Source: Lama glama
Taxonomy: Eukaryota
Length of the DNA: 64,000 nt
Direction of reading: 5' to 3'
NCBI GenBank assembly: GCA_028534125.1
Contig: CM052818.1
Coordinates: forward strand, 4,714,001 to 4,778,000
Positions 23,201 through 36,326 of the stretch are shown here, piece after piece (the stretch's first letter is position 1; each line of letters begins with the position of its first letter). The notes beneath the pieces were generated by a model that saw nothing but the letters and a program-made list of their open reading frames with translations, did not search any database and was not told the DNA's origin. A program made the position numbers and the translations under genes.

Positions 23201-25389
23201 TTTTCTAGAATCTAGGACAAAATGGTGTTAAAAAGTGGACTGCCTATTTTCGATAGAATTTACTGAGACGTGGTGTGTTTGTGTTGCGGGGGAGACGAAG
23301 GATCAAGTGCCATGAAATATATTATCTGAAATACTGTCATTTCATTATTACAGTTTTGGGAAATCTAGTGTGTTCCAAGGAGCCCAAGGATGCATATTGA
23401 GGTAGTTCTGCTTTGAGATTTCCAGGTAAAGGAGGGGAACTTCTGATTTACTGGGCACATGGATATAAAACACTAGACAAGATGTGACCTTGACCTGGAC
23501 ATGGATTTACCCGTGGAAGTAAAGGTGGTTCAATTTCTCTCCACGCTTTTCAGGGTGTATTGGACCAAGATCTGGCTTCTCTTATGTTCGCATTTTAGGG
23601 TTCCAAGTCCCTCTCCACCCTGTTTAATCACATTGAGGAAATTTAGGACTAGAGTTGGGTAATTAACTGGTGTGTGTGTGTATGTGTGTGTTGTGTGTGT
23701 GAACGTACATGAGGAGGTGGGCATCGTAAGCTTTTTGTTTGGTACTTTTGAGCTGAAGGCTGTTGCTTTGATTAGTTAACGCTCTAATTTGGGTTGAACT
23801 TATCAGCTCTGCTCATGATCACTTTTTCAAAAGAGTTTACTTAACTACTTAATGAAGAAATCTCCTTTGCTGTGCAAATTCATGGCTTGTTAAATCTGGG
23901 CTGGAGACTGTTGAAGGTGGGACTGGGGTCTTCTCCACTGGTCCCACTAATTTTCAGTCTTCCAGAGCTAGGAAATGGAATTTTGGAGCACAGAACCCTA
24001 GATTCAGAACCCTGAGCTTTCAGGGTGTGCTCCAAATGTCAAATAGAATGTTTACCTGTTACTTTTGTTGGGGAAGGAATTGCTAGCCAACTGGTTGAGT
24101 TCATTTAACACAGTCTTGTATTATCGTAGGAGAATTCAGAGGTGCCAATGATTTCCTTTGCCTCTCTCTCTAACCAAGTGCTTTTCTGGCCGTGTCTTTA
24201 TCTTGTGTTTGTGTTCCTTTGCATTTTCCTCTGTTATATACCGATCTGTGTTCAGATGACTCACTTTCTCTAATCAAATAAAGACTTAAACTTTACGTGG
24301 ACTTTTCTAGGCACGAACATTTTGACCCAGCGATTGCATTTGTCCACATTAAAAAAGTTATTCTTGTATCATTTCATAAAGATTTTAAATAACACCGGAA
24401 CAGACATAGGGGACCAGTCTGTTTGCCATCTTGAAGGTTGCTGAACAATTAATTTCCACCTGTTAAGTCAGTCACCCCATGATACATCCATGGGTTATAT
24501 TACTGATATGACATATTACATATCAGCAGCATAAGATAAGCAAATTTAAGACAACATGGAAATGGATGCAGATCCATATTGAATGTCTTACTAAAGTTCA
24601 GGTGAGTTTTGTCTGTTTTTTTTTTTCTTCCCTCTATTGTAGTTACTCAGTGTGATATGGTGAAAGAAGCTAACTAGAATTTGGGTTTCTTTGGATTGAT
24701 GGATTTATCTAACGTTGAATAGTTATTTTTCTCAGGTCAGGCCATCTCTGTTGCCTCCCCATGGAAGTGAGAAATGAGGCAGTAGTTTCAATTTGGCTGC
24801 CAAGAACCAGTACCCCACACCAAGGGGCTGTAGAATGGTCTGGAAGCTCTTTGCTCTGGCTTGAAAAATGCAGGCATCTTCTGCTAGATAAATCAATGTG
24901 CGGTGGCCTCAAATCAAATGCCTTCATTTCAAAGCGAACCAGTGCCTTTGCTTTAGATCTATCAGGAGGAGAGAAAGTCTAGAGGATTGGAGAAAATCCA
25001 AACCAGGTCATCAGCCCTTAATGTTTTCAAGAACATTTTATTTTGCCGCAGTGTCTAGTGGAGAGTTTAAGGCTGCCTTGGTGAGGGATGAAAAGCAGAA
25101 CTGATGACTGGTGACTTCATAAGCTTCAGAACGTGGAGCCAATTAAGCTTGAGACCTTGAGGAAGGTGTGCCTTTGGGGTATTTATGACAAGTCTAGCGT
25201 ATCATGAAATTAAATAAATCCTTTGCTTTGGAAGGACTGTCCACGTTTGCGGCCATCTATGAGAAATATACTGGTTGGAAAAAACTCAGCTCTTTGCATT
25301 TCCAGCACAGACCTGGAACACTGTTCTTCCAGGGTCCTTTGTGAGTGGGGAAAGTCTGTTTGGGATGCGTATAAAAATGCACAAATGAA

Positions 25390-25850
25390 TGGTGCTTGAG
25401 TGTTAGAAGTAGATCAGAAATTATAGTAGCTTGTGTAAGTTATGAGTTTGTTTTCTCTCTTGTGTAATAGAAGTCCAAAGACAAGCAGTCTAGGCTAATA
25501 CACACACTGCATGGTATCAACAGAGTCCCAGGTTCTTTCTAGTTTCCTGTGCTCCATCCTTAGCACATGGCCGTCGTCTCCAAGATTGCCTCATTGGTCC
25601 ATCATGGCTGCTGGAGTTGTGGTCATCACCACTTCCATTCCTAGGAGGCACAAGGAGAAGATGCTAGCTGTATCCCGTCCTCAAGGAGGTTTTCTGGAAA
25701 TCCCTTTCAACAGTGTCCATTTGCATATCAGTGGCCACTCCCACCTGAAGGGACATATTTTAGCTTAGGAATCTGCAACTGCCTTCTTTTACCAAGGAAG
25801 AAGGGAAAAAGTACACTGACTGGGCAACTGTCCATCGGCCACAGCAGGAG
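25390..25850. mobile_element. MLT1J/K-like MaLR LTR (old)
   Basis: agaagtccaaagacaagcagtctaggct...ccaggttctttctagtttcctgtgctccatccttagc...atggctgctggagtt. Confidence 0.6.
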
Positions 25851-26214
25851 TTCCATGGGCCTGTGTGAGGCATGTCCTGAGCAAGCCTGCACCCTCCCAG
25901 TTCTAATCCCAAAGCACTCTCTTCCCATAGATTCAGAGCCTCCCAGTAACCTGTGTGATGCCGACAAGGGAATGGACTGGCTCATCTATAAAATAGATGG
26001 ACCTCAGAGAGGTTCACCAATTTGCTATGGGATACAAAGCAATCTAAGGAGGTGTGGAAATTGGCTCTAGATGCTGAAAATTGACATTAAAGGCAAGAGT
26101 GGAGAAGCACAATTTGAAATATTGTCATTGGTGTCACCGGTTCACCAAGGACAACAGGATGTGAACGTGATTAAGTCTCAGTCTCCAATTTATCCCCAGC
26201 ACAAGAATTCCCAT

Positions 26215-26425
26215 AGTAACAGCCACCTTACACTGTGCACTTAATATGGGCCAGGTGTTATCCATCCATTATGTCTGATCCTCATATGACCCTGAACAGG
26301 AGGCACCGATATTCCAATTTTTCATCTAGGGAAACAGGAAGTCAGAGGGGTTAGATCACTTACTCAAGTCACACAGTTAGAAAGAGCTGGAGTAGGGATT
26401 TGGACCCCCATCTCTGACAACAAGT
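26215..26425 (-). mobile_element. MIR SINE remnant
   Basis: gcacttaatatgggccagg...atcctcat...gaaacaggaagtcagaggggttagatcacttactcaagtcacacag...gggatttggacccc. Confidence 0.7.
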
Positions 26426-26769
26426 CTGTGTCCTTCTCTGTTGCAGGCTGGCGTTTAGATACTGTTTTAGAAAAGATGTGAAGAGGCTATAGAAAAAAGA
26501 TTTGATGGGCTTGTTCTCATGATGGGAAGCGGTACTTTGGATGGGGTGAAGTTTCCCTGTTCCTGTTCCATGGCAACTGTTCATGGATCATCCTGCAGGC
26601 ACCCCAGGCCCATCTGTGGATGCTCAGAGCAGCGGGAATGCCTGGCCCCTTCTTTTCCTCATTGGGTCATATTACATGCCACCTTTGTCCCCACACGCCA
26701 CTCTGGAGTGGGGAAAGTCACCATAAAAGCAATCAGTATACTCTATTTTTTTTTCTTGATGTTAAAAAG

Positions 26770-27100
26770 ATGAAGTCATGGCATATGGTCAGATTGCCAG
26801 CACTGTTAATAACAAACCTCACGTAATTAAGCGCTGATTTATTCCTTTATATAAGTGAAACAAATTGCTTTAACTGCCTTTGCTCGAGACCATCCAGTCA
26901 GATGGATTATGTATAGGAAGTTGGAACTAAAAATTATGGGCGCTCATATTTCACTGCGTTGGAGGTTTATTGGAGGGACAATTAGAACCCTAACTAAATG
27001 TGTCCTGTGCTCCCTTTGATGGAGAGATCAGATATTAACCTGGGGAGATGACTAATTCTCAACGCAGCTGCTCTCCTCGCTCTGTTATTCCCGCTTTAGG
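26770..27100. promoter_or_regulatory. Putative enhancer block (PBX-HOX, TCF/LEF, E-box, homeodomain motifs)
   Basis: TAATTAA, TGATTTAT (26835-26842), CTTTGAT (27014-27020), CATATG, CAGATG, TTTATTGG in unique sequence. Confidence 0.4.
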
Positions 27101-27484
27101 TTCAAAACCTGGAAACATGTTTAAAAAATTGATCAGAGCTTATAATAGCAATAATCACCTTGAAATTGGTTGTTACTCCAGTTAATGAACTGAGTAGTCG
27201 AGCATAAGCCTCCCTCTGTGTCCCTCAGGCCTTTGACTAACAAGCTAGTTGTTAACCACTGGGTTTATTAAAAAAGAAAAGTCTCTTTAGGGGATTGAAC
27301 TGGGGAAAAGTAAGGGGCTGAGTGATTTTTTTTTTTCTTTTTTGAGTGTTTTCCATCTGAGGATCTTTTGACACACTCCAGGAGCCACTCCAGTTTCCCA
27401 CCAGAGACAGGGCTGGGGTGACCTGTGGAGGTGACATCTCTTCCTCCAGGGGCCAGGTCCTGGCTGCCCCAAGAGTGGTCCGGA

Positions 27485-27560
27485 AGCTTGTCAGAAATGC
27501 AGAATCTCAAACCCCAGCCCAGACCTGCGGAACCAGGGTCTGCATTTTTATAAGCTCCCC
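27485..27560. mobile_element. MER5A fragment
   Basis: gcttgtcagaaatgcagaatctcaaaccccagcccagacct...tctgcattttataagctcccc. Confidence 0.7.
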
Positions 27561-28031
27561 TACTGAAGGCCCCTGAGCTGGATGCCTCTTCTGCAAAACA
27601 GATGCCAACTTGCGAAACGGAGACCACATCTCAGGGGCTTCTCTGCAGGCTCTCATAAGGGTTCAGTAGACCCCTGCTTCTGACCTCAACTGGATCCCAG
27701 TGGCCTGGGGCGAAGTACACCAGAGCCTGGAGCGTGACACCTGGGGAGGAGTAGACCCTTGCTACAGGTCTGCATAAAAAGTGATTTCCCCAAAGTGTAC
27801 CACCTTTCAAGGAAGAATTTCTTGAAGAAAGAAAAAGGCCGGCTGGGTAAGAGTCCTGACATTGTCAAGTAGCCTCAGGTGGGCCAGGTGGTCCCTGGGG
27901 TTTGGAGGTTGTCAGGTAAGGGGCTCACACCCTTAGAACAATTTTGTTCTTTCCCAATGTCATATCCTCATGCTCGGGTGTAACACCTTGCCCTTCATCT
28001 AAAGGGGACTGACAACATTTCCTGCTCAAAA

Positions 28032-28500
28032 TGTAACTGAGCAAGACCGGGGGGGGGGGGGCTTCCCAGGAAAGACCCCTCCCCATAACCTCTGCTGTAG
28101 GTCCTCTTGGATAATAGTATCTCATGTATATTTCCTGAGTTTTTCAGATGCTAAAAACCACCACCAAAGGGAAGGAATTAACTACTTGATGGTGGAGAGC
28201 AAGTAGCTCCCAGACCTTCTGGCACCTAGGGGTTGATGGTGTTGACCGCCCTGTTACCTCAGCATCAGCCAATCAGAGAACTGTGCACGAGCTGATCACG
28301 GACCCTGAAACCCCCATCCCTTACTTGGCCTTTAAATAGACTTTGCCGAACCCCTCCGGGGAGTTTGGGTTTTCTTGAGCGTGAGCCACCCCGTCCTCCT
28401 TGCTCGGCCCTGCAATAAACCATCCTCGGCTCCAAACTCTGACGTTTCAGTCTGTTTGGCCTCGCGGTGCGTCGGGCACAGGAATTTGCCATCAGTAACA
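28032..28500 (+). mobile_element. ERV1-class solo LTR (469 bp)
   Basis: TGtaac...gtaaCA termini; 4-bp TSD aaaa (28028-28031 / 28501-28504); CCAAT 28269-28273; TATA-like tttaaata 28331-28338; AATAAA 28414-28419. Confidence 0.85.
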
Positions 28501-29784
28501 AAAAGCGAAGCACGCCTTCTCACAGAGACTGCAGACTTCCCAGACCCTTCAGCAACCCTTTCCAAGCGGGTAGGTTTCAGCCCTGCCTTCTGTTTCAGGT
28601 TTAACGAGCTGCTGTTTTATTTCCTTGCTCTGTTTCCTTTTCTCACTGTCCACGGTGAAAGATTTCCTCCAAAGCTTAATGAAACCCGAATCACAGGACG
28701 GCTGTGTTTTATTGATGTGCCACTGTTCTGGAACTGTAGGGCTGCTGGGACCAGCACTGGGGGGTGGGGGGGCGGGCGCCGAGGGCTGTGGCCGTGACGT
28801 CGTGGGTTAGAAAGGCTGGGAGCCCTTGGGGGAGAGATGCTCCTCCAGTCTGGGGTTTGCAGACAAGCCTGGCTGTCGAGAGGGACACAGTCTGGGTTAA
28901 ACAGAGCTCTGGAGATTAGACACATGTGAGGAGCCAGCGGGGGCCTGCCCACGTCACTAAGCTGCGAATCAGGCTCCGTGGGAAGATGCCCGGCTCCGCT
29001 GGTCACAGCCATCCTAGCAGGACCCCGTCTCCCTGCAGCTCTGCTCGGAAAACCACCCTCCATGCTCACTTCCTCTGTGGTTTTTGGAGGTGTTGGGTTC
29101 ACTCAGTGGACAGGCCGCCCTCCTTCCAGATTTACTGGAATTTAATTTTCACTCTAGGGACGGCAGCCCCTGAAATGACCCTTTATTTCTCTCCCATAAA
29201 AGGAGGGATACGGTTTACAATTTGCTCCTTGTGAACTGGCTACTAACGCGATTTCTGTGTAACTTTTCTGCCAGAATCCTTCTCTAAGAATTTTAACTGA
29301 CACATAAGGAGTCTCCTTCTGTACTTCTGCAGGGTAGTTGTTGAGGAATTCAGGCAAAATCACCTATCTTTGGATGGATGTTGTATCTTCTATCAAAGTT
29401 TATTACTTTTTTTTATGTACACATTTTCCTTTTCTCTTTTTTCAAACCTGAAGATTTGCAGACAGTTGCACAGTGTTGGACTTGGAAGAACCTTGTTTCC
29501 ATAAGAGGAGCTTAGTCTCTGGGCTGGGGTGAGGACTGGGGGCGGTGGGGGGTGGTGGTTGGCGGGGGAGTAGGGGCTTGCCACTAACCCAACCTCACAA
29601 AACTGGTTGGTGGTAGAGCTGGAATCCTGTTTCCCCTTTCTTCAACTGGATTTTGAAAATTGTAAAACTAATGTGGACTTATAAGGAAATTCGCTCTTTT
29701 TCCTTAATGTTGCAGTTCCTACCCACCATCCCTGCCTGGTTGCCATTTGTCTACAGACATTTTCCCAATTCAGAAGTTTTAAAA

Positions 29785-30284
29785 NNNNNNNNNNNNNNNN
29801 NNNNNNNNNNNNNNNNNNNNNNNNNNNNNNNNNNNNNNNNNNNNNNNNNNNNNNNNNNNNNNNNNNNNNNNNNNNNNNNNNNNNNNNNNNNNNNNNNNNN
29901 NNNNNNNNNNNNNNNNNNNNNNNNNNNNNNNNNNNNNNNNNNNNNNNNNNNNNNNNNNNNNNNNNNNNNNNNNNNNNNNNNNNNNNNNNNNNNNNNNNNN
30001 NNNNNNNNNNNNNNNNNNNNNNNNNNNNNNNNNNNNNNNNNNNNNNNNNNNNNNNNNNNNNNNNNNNNNNNNNNNNNNNNNNNNNNNNNNNNNNNNNNNN
30101 NNNNNNNNNNNNNNNNNNNNNNNNNNNNNNNNNNNNNNNNNNNNNNNNNNNNNNNNNNNNNNNNNNNNNNNNNNNNNNNNNNNNNNNNNNNNNNNNNNNN
30201 NNNNNNNNNNNNNNNNNNNNNNNNNNNNNNNNNNNNNNNNNNNNNNNNNNNNNNNNNNNNNNNNNNNNNNNNNNNNNNNNNNNN
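29785..30284. other. Assembly gap (500 N)
   Basis: Run of N. Confidence 1.
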
Positions 30285-32215
30285 TTTAGGTGAGAGATTT
30301 AGAAGATGTCTAGGTCTCCTTTTAAGTCTCGTCTCTGTTACCTTTCGGACAGCAGCATGGAGCAGGAAGCCCAACAACTCTGCACAAAAGAGGATGGTTA
30401 TTGGCTGGAAGTGTATCTCCTTTGACTTGGGTTGTTTTTGTTATTCTGCCTTGGCTCGAATAACACGTCCTGGTCAGGCATGATTTCATCATTGGGACTT
30501 CGGGTTTCCGTCCTGAGGCTCTCGCTTTGATGGACCCCAGGCTGGATTGCCAATGCTGGCAGCTCTCTGAACAGCCTCTCCCACAGAATTATGCAGAACT
30601 GAGTTCTGCTGATGCTTCAAGGACCATCCTTATAGGTGAGGGATTCAGCGTCTTTTCTTGGAGTTAATCCTGGTAATTATCTGCATGTATGCCTCTGAAC
30701 GTGTCGGGTGGAATAGAGCATTTATATTTCCCTGGACCTAACAGTTTCCCAAAGTAGCAATTGACCTAATCTTTTGAAATCAATTTTCCTCCATGAAGCA
30801 CTCAAGGGCATGTGCATGAGTGATTCGTGAGTTTTCACTGTGCTCTTTGGGGTAAAGAACTTTCCAGGTGGAGTGAAGTGGGAACACTTTACCTGGACTT
30901 AACGGCGCCAATTCCTGGTTAAGTGAGGATTAGGCAGTCTTCTTGTTCAAGCCACAAGAGTGTATTTCCTTTGTTCTCAAACAGGTGTGGACGAACAGCC
31001 TTCTTGAACGTTTTTACAGTGATGGGTGTCAGGGAGCACCAGGATACTTGATACTTATCATGAGAATCCCAAAATGTAAGAAGTGAGAAAGGCATTTAAG
31101 CCCCAGCTAGATCAGACCTGACCAGCCCTGCCCATGTTTCATGCACTAAACCCCCTTACGATGGCTTTTTTCTCCCCATTCTGTCTCAGAGCCCAACTGG
31201 CTGAGAATTTGGAGACAAACTTTCCTGAAGTGAGTGTTTCGGACTGCATGCCATAAACTCGCTTGGAACGGCTTCTGATCGGCCATCAGAGAGGAGGGAA
31301 ATTTGCTGACTCTGACAAATGAGAATTTGCTGCAATCTCACAAGTTAAACCTTCCCTAATAATCCCTAAGAAGAGCTGCTCCCCAACTTCATTAACTAAC
31401 TAAACAATTCCAGATCGAGAGTTATCCACGCTGCACAGTATCGCTGACATGCCCGGTGCTCTTCACCAGCTCTGTAATGATTTCTCAACAAAACCCGAGG
31501 ATGCCTGGATGCTCTGCCCGGGAGCCCTGTCCCTGGAGCAGCGGCTGATTCCACTCCCGCGGGTTGATGTGCCCCTAGAGGGCTCCCCTCTGGAAGCTGA
31601 TGGCCAGGTCTCCGTGGGCTGCCCGAGGGTTTTCCCAGCATCCTCTTTCTCAGCAGGGTTGAGCCTCTCTTAGCACGAGAGAGTCTTGGCTCTCAGCCGT
31701 AATTCAGCTTCCTGAGATGGTGATTTTTTTTTTTTCATTGTTTCTCTCTTGTTAAGGACTCCCTGCCTTGAGGTATTTTGAATTAAGTAGCTGGTTCCTG
31801 GAGATGTTAATTACTGTGATTTTTCCGGAGAACTCCATTTCGGGATTTAGTTTCTTTTGAGATACACTTTACCTCAGTGTGTATTAAGCAGTGGTGATCC
31901 TTACACGGTCAGCTGTGACTGTGGCTATGGGCCTGGCTAGGGCCCTGAGGAACTCTCTGGAACATGTAGCTTTTTTTAGTCTCATTGTAGGTTGTGTGGC
32001 TTGGCCTCCTCTATACATGTATAACGGAGGCTAACTGTATGAATTTGCTGTATATTTTAACAACAGCTGAGGGAGGTGATATTAACCAGTGGTTGGGGGT
32101 TGGCCTTTGAGCACAGATTGTGTGGGTTAAATTGCTGCTTCCTACTTACCATCTCTATGATTTTAACCTCTCTAAGCTTTGCTTTCTCATTTGTAAAATA
32201 GGAAAATTAAAAATA

Positions 32216-32555
32216 CAGGTCCACAATTGCTTAGCTGAAACCTCGGGGGCCAGCTAGATGCATTTTATTTTAGAATTCTGATTCTTTCATATCTTAGAAA
32301 AATAAACTGTTACATATGCCCTATTTTACATCAGCCCCCAGCACGGGCAAAGTCTGGGTGGAATCCTGTAACTAATTAATACTTCTGGGGCAAGATGGGT
32401 GACTATTTACGTTAAATAACGATTAGAAGGCTTACAGCAGTTAACGTTCGCGTCAGATTTTATTGCCAAATGTGTTTGTGGCAAACTTACGACAAAAATG
32501 CATAGTTTCCAGGGCTGTTGGATTTTGGAACTGCAGATACGGGAGAGTGAATGCA
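32216..32555. mobile_element. MER46C-like Tigger fossil inserted in a MIR
   Basis: caggtccacaattgcttagctgaaacctcgggggccag...ttggattttggaactgcagatacggga; MIR-like flanks at ~32080-32213 and ~32560-32650. Confidence 0.65.
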
Positions 32556-32849
32556 TCCTTACTCCTAGTTATTTTTCTTAAGTAAGTTATGTGTCAAACA
32601 CTTACTGCAGTGGCTTCTGGAACACCAACTGCCCAATAAATGTTAGCTACCACTGGGATCCTCACCCGCTGGTGGGGTCCACAGCCTCCCTGTTAGTCTC
32701 TGAGCATTCTGGCGGGTTATTTAGTCCCCGAGTCAGCCTTTAAAAATGTGTCATCTCCAAGTGGATCCAGATGAGATGAGTTTTACCAGCTTTGCCTCTT
32801 AAGACCATACTTTTGTTCCACTGGTTCTAGAGACCAGAGCCATCTGATC

Positions 32850-33020
32850 AAACCTTCTGCAATATGAAAGTGTCCTTTATCCGTGCTATTCAATGTGGTA
32901 GCCATTAGCCATGGATGACTGTTGAGCACTTGAAATGTGGCCAGTGTGACTGAGAAATTGATTTTTCAATGGCATTTAATTTAAATTAAAACCACTCGAG
33001 GGGGTAGTGACCACCACATA
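32850..33020. mobile_element. MER3-like hAT fossil
   Basis: caatgtggtagccattagccat...gttgagcacttgaaatgtggccagtgtgactgagaaattgattttt. Confidence 0.8.
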
Positions 33021-33117
33021 AAGAGACCTGGGCATGGAGTTTAGTGCTGAAGTGACCTTGTTCACTCCAGATGTAGAATTCACTGTCCTCAAGCTGCCAA
33101 CACTGCTAAGAAACTAC

Positions 33118-33600
33118 TCATTCATTTATTTATTTCCCACCTGTTTTATGAGTGTCTACTGTGGATCAAACCCTTTTAGGCACTAGGGATACAGAACAAG
33201 GTTTTCACACTCAAGGAGAGCACACACATTTAAATCATATATTTGTAAGCATATGTGGGTACACATCTCCAACAAATAGACAGTGATGAATCCAGTGAGA
33301 CGGATAATTGGGACTGCTGTGGGAACATGGAGGAGGGGACATGCGACCAGCCGAGGGTTCAGAGAGAACTTTCTTGAGAAGGAAGTACCTGGCTTCTTGT
33401 ACAGTAGTAGAAGTTAGCCAAGAGCAGCGGGCTAAGGCAAAGAAGGAATTATAGGTGAGCCAGAGAAAAGACAGGGAAATGCAAGCAGCATGGTGTCCAG
33501 ACCTGCTATCAGCTGTTGATACGGCTGGAGGGGCTGAGGCTGGGGTGGAGGGGTGGTTGGTGGCCAGCCTTGTCTGTGGCTCTGCTCCTGGAGACCAAGC
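33118..33600 (-). mobile_element. L2 remnant
   Basis: ctcattcatttatt...tgagtgtctactgtg...taggcactagggatacag resembles an antisense L2 3' end. Confidence 0.55.
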
Positions 33601-34276
33601 AAGGATTCTCTCTTTCAGAGTTTCAGCCAGCATTTCATCAAAAAAGTGGAACCTATTTGAGGTATTTAAAGATGGAAGATGTTTCATTTGGGGAATCGGT
33701 GGCTTCTGTAATGATTGGACTCTGGGAACAAAGATAAGGCCACTTTCAAGGAATCAAAAAATTCAGGGATTGTGGGGAGCTGCCACCTATTGTCTTGGCT
33801 ACCTGTGACCTTGAACCCCAAGGCAAAGTGCACATCGGCCACCCACTCTCTTGCAATTCCTGTGGGACAGCTGCAGCTGGAGATTAATGCTTTCCTTTCT
33901 CCTTTGCCTTCCAAATCTTTTGTCAAGTTCTTTCAGTGGTGGAATTTAGCAAGGAAATCTGTGAATTGAGGTTTCCAAGCTTTCTGCTCTTGAAGCACAA
34001 GGAAGAGGTTGGAAGAGCTGGATGGCACTGAGTGACAACAAACAGTATAAGGTCCCACCATTTTCTTAAGTGTCCCAAACTAGTAATGTTGCCTGGAGGT
34101 AAGGTGACCACAGAGTTTATCCAAACCAGGTCACTTGAAAATGAAAGGGGCTCCAAAATTCATTAATAGATATTAGTTGATACATGGAAGTATAATCTAT
34201 GGTTGTCCCAGACAAATGGAAATATACAGTCACCCTAGATTAGGGTATCATTAAGAAATATTATATATTATATATA

Positions 34277-34825
34277 TAATTATCAGATAAATGCAAATCA
34301 AAACTATAATGAGGTATCACTTCACAGTCAGAATGACCATCATTCAAAAGTCCACAAATGGTAAATGCTGGAGAGGGTGTGGAGAAAAGGGAAGCCTCCT
34401 TCACTGCTGGTGGGAATGCAGTTTGGTGCAGCCACTATGGAAAACAGTATGGTGATTCCTTAAAAAACTAAAAATAGACTGACCATATGATCCAGCAGTC
34501 TCACTCCTGGGCATATATCCAGAGGAAGCTCTAATTTGAAAAGGTACATACACCTCAGTGTTCATAGCAGCACTATTTACAACAGCCAAGGCATGGAAAC
34601 AGCCTAAATGTCCATCGACAGATGCTTGTGTAAAGAAGTTGTGGAATATTTATATAGTGGACTACTCTGATAATTAGTGATGTGGAGTGTCTTGTCACGT
34701 GCCTATTGGCCATGTGAATGTCTTCTTTGGAGAAATGTCTATTTAGGTTTTTGTCCATTTTTTGATTGGATTGTGTGTTTTTTTGTTATTGAGGTGTATG
34801 AAGTGTTTGTATATTTTGGAAATTA
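34277..34825. mobile_element. L1 ORF2 fragment with internal inversion and no visible polyA tail
   Basis: 34277-34665 is sense L1 ORF2 3' region. 34666-34825 is the immediately upstream L1 segment in antisense. The 11-mer taattatcaga occurs at both breakpoints in inverted orientation. Confidence 0.85.
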
Positions 34826-36326
34826 TGATGGTGTTTTTAAAAGAAATATGTATCACGTGGTCCTTAAGGACCCTTGAGAATAAAGTTTTGTCACTAGAAA
34901 TGAAAGGGCTTTGGGCTGGGGCGTGGGGCTGTTGAACACTACATCTGAATTTTGTTTCAAGTTGGTCATTGGGTCTTTAGGGTGGTCTCGGTAATTAGTC
35001 CAGAACCCAGAATTGCAACAGAATTAACCCCTGACATGATTTAGCATCGTCCTTGGCATCTCAAAAGTGGTCAGGAAAAACTTGTTCGGCCAAAGCAGCG
35101 AGACTCGTGCTCTGTTCTTCCTTTGCAAGAAGTGAGCTTAAACTCAGATGACAGCTGGCAAGGCTGGGAAAAGTCTGGAAAGAGCGATCTAGGTGTCAGG
35201 GACCAGCGCTGTGTTTTGGAACATGAACGGGTTGATTGCATCATGCTCACTTGATTTTGTAGTTTATCCAGTTAAGCTCTTAACTCTGCCTTGGAAAAAA
35301 TAAATGTATTATGAGTGCAGTGGAGCCCTGGCTATCGCTTCTCCAGCCTGGAAGCAGATGTGCATTTGGAACATGCTGGTCTGGGGGGCCCACAAACCAT
35401 CCAAAGGAACTGAATGTGAAGTAAGCAGGGAATGTTGGCTCCCCATTTCAATGATGCTTTGTGATCTAAGAGGTGTTTTTCCGTTTTCAACAATGTGCCG
35501 CAGAACGGTCTGTAACAGTCTGTTGCAATTTTCTCCCCAAATCTCTCACGTTTCTGCCAATAGTGAATTAGACTGTCATTAGTTTCACAGATGTGCTTTG
35601 ATCCCTACACGGCTTGTCTCCTGGCAGGGAGACATGTGAACCATTAATGCGGATTTTCTAAACCTGGAGAATAAAGCACAGCACAGTGCAATGAATGTGG
35701 GCGAGGAGCCTGGAGCCCCGGGCAACAGAGTTGCATCTCTGTTGCTAATTAACTGTGTCATCTTGGGTGAGGCATTGAACTTCCCATTGTCTCAGTTCTC
35801 TGGTCTGTTAAACGAGAGCGTTGGATGGATTCTGAAGTCACTTGCAGATCCTCTGAGAGCGAATGGGAAAACGCTACAGGTTTAGAGAAATGCTTGCTTG
35901 CTGTTGAGATTGGGCTTTCTGAACTTCATCCAAGGTGCTCTCCCGGGATAACCATTTATCCTGTTCAGTTACTAGCTCACTGCTTCCCAGGGTGCTGCCT
36001 GGTAAAGGGTGCAAGGGCTGTCTGGGTTTGATGATAACTTTTCTGGGCGTCTCCATCGTTCAAAGACCAAATTGTTTAAAGGAGGAAACGTAGGGTAAAG
36101 AATTGTACATTTCAGAGCTGATGAAGCTCTTAGCGATCTCTAGGGACTTCTTGTCTAAGCCCCTTGATTTACAAATAGCAACCCCAGGTAAGTCACTTCC
36201 CCAAGGCTATCTCCTACATCATCAGAGTTGGACCCAGCTCCAGTTTGTCTGCCTTTGGGCCATCATCCCAGCACTCAGGCTTGTCAGTAGCTCAGATCCT
36301 GGTCTATGGAAAGATCTTTGGTGATT

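Noticed and set aside
24495..24534. 16-bp imperfect hairpin as a pre-miRNA
   Set aside because: Only 40 nt, AT-rich and not extendable, so too short for a Drosha substrate.
29653..30483. 208-276 aa ORFs
   Set aside because: They span the second N gap.
30985..31075. 91-nt acceptor/donor-bounded open segment (VWTNSLLERFYSDG...)
   Set aside because: Weak donor (AAT|GTAAGA), unrecognised peptide and no partner exons; compatible with chance.
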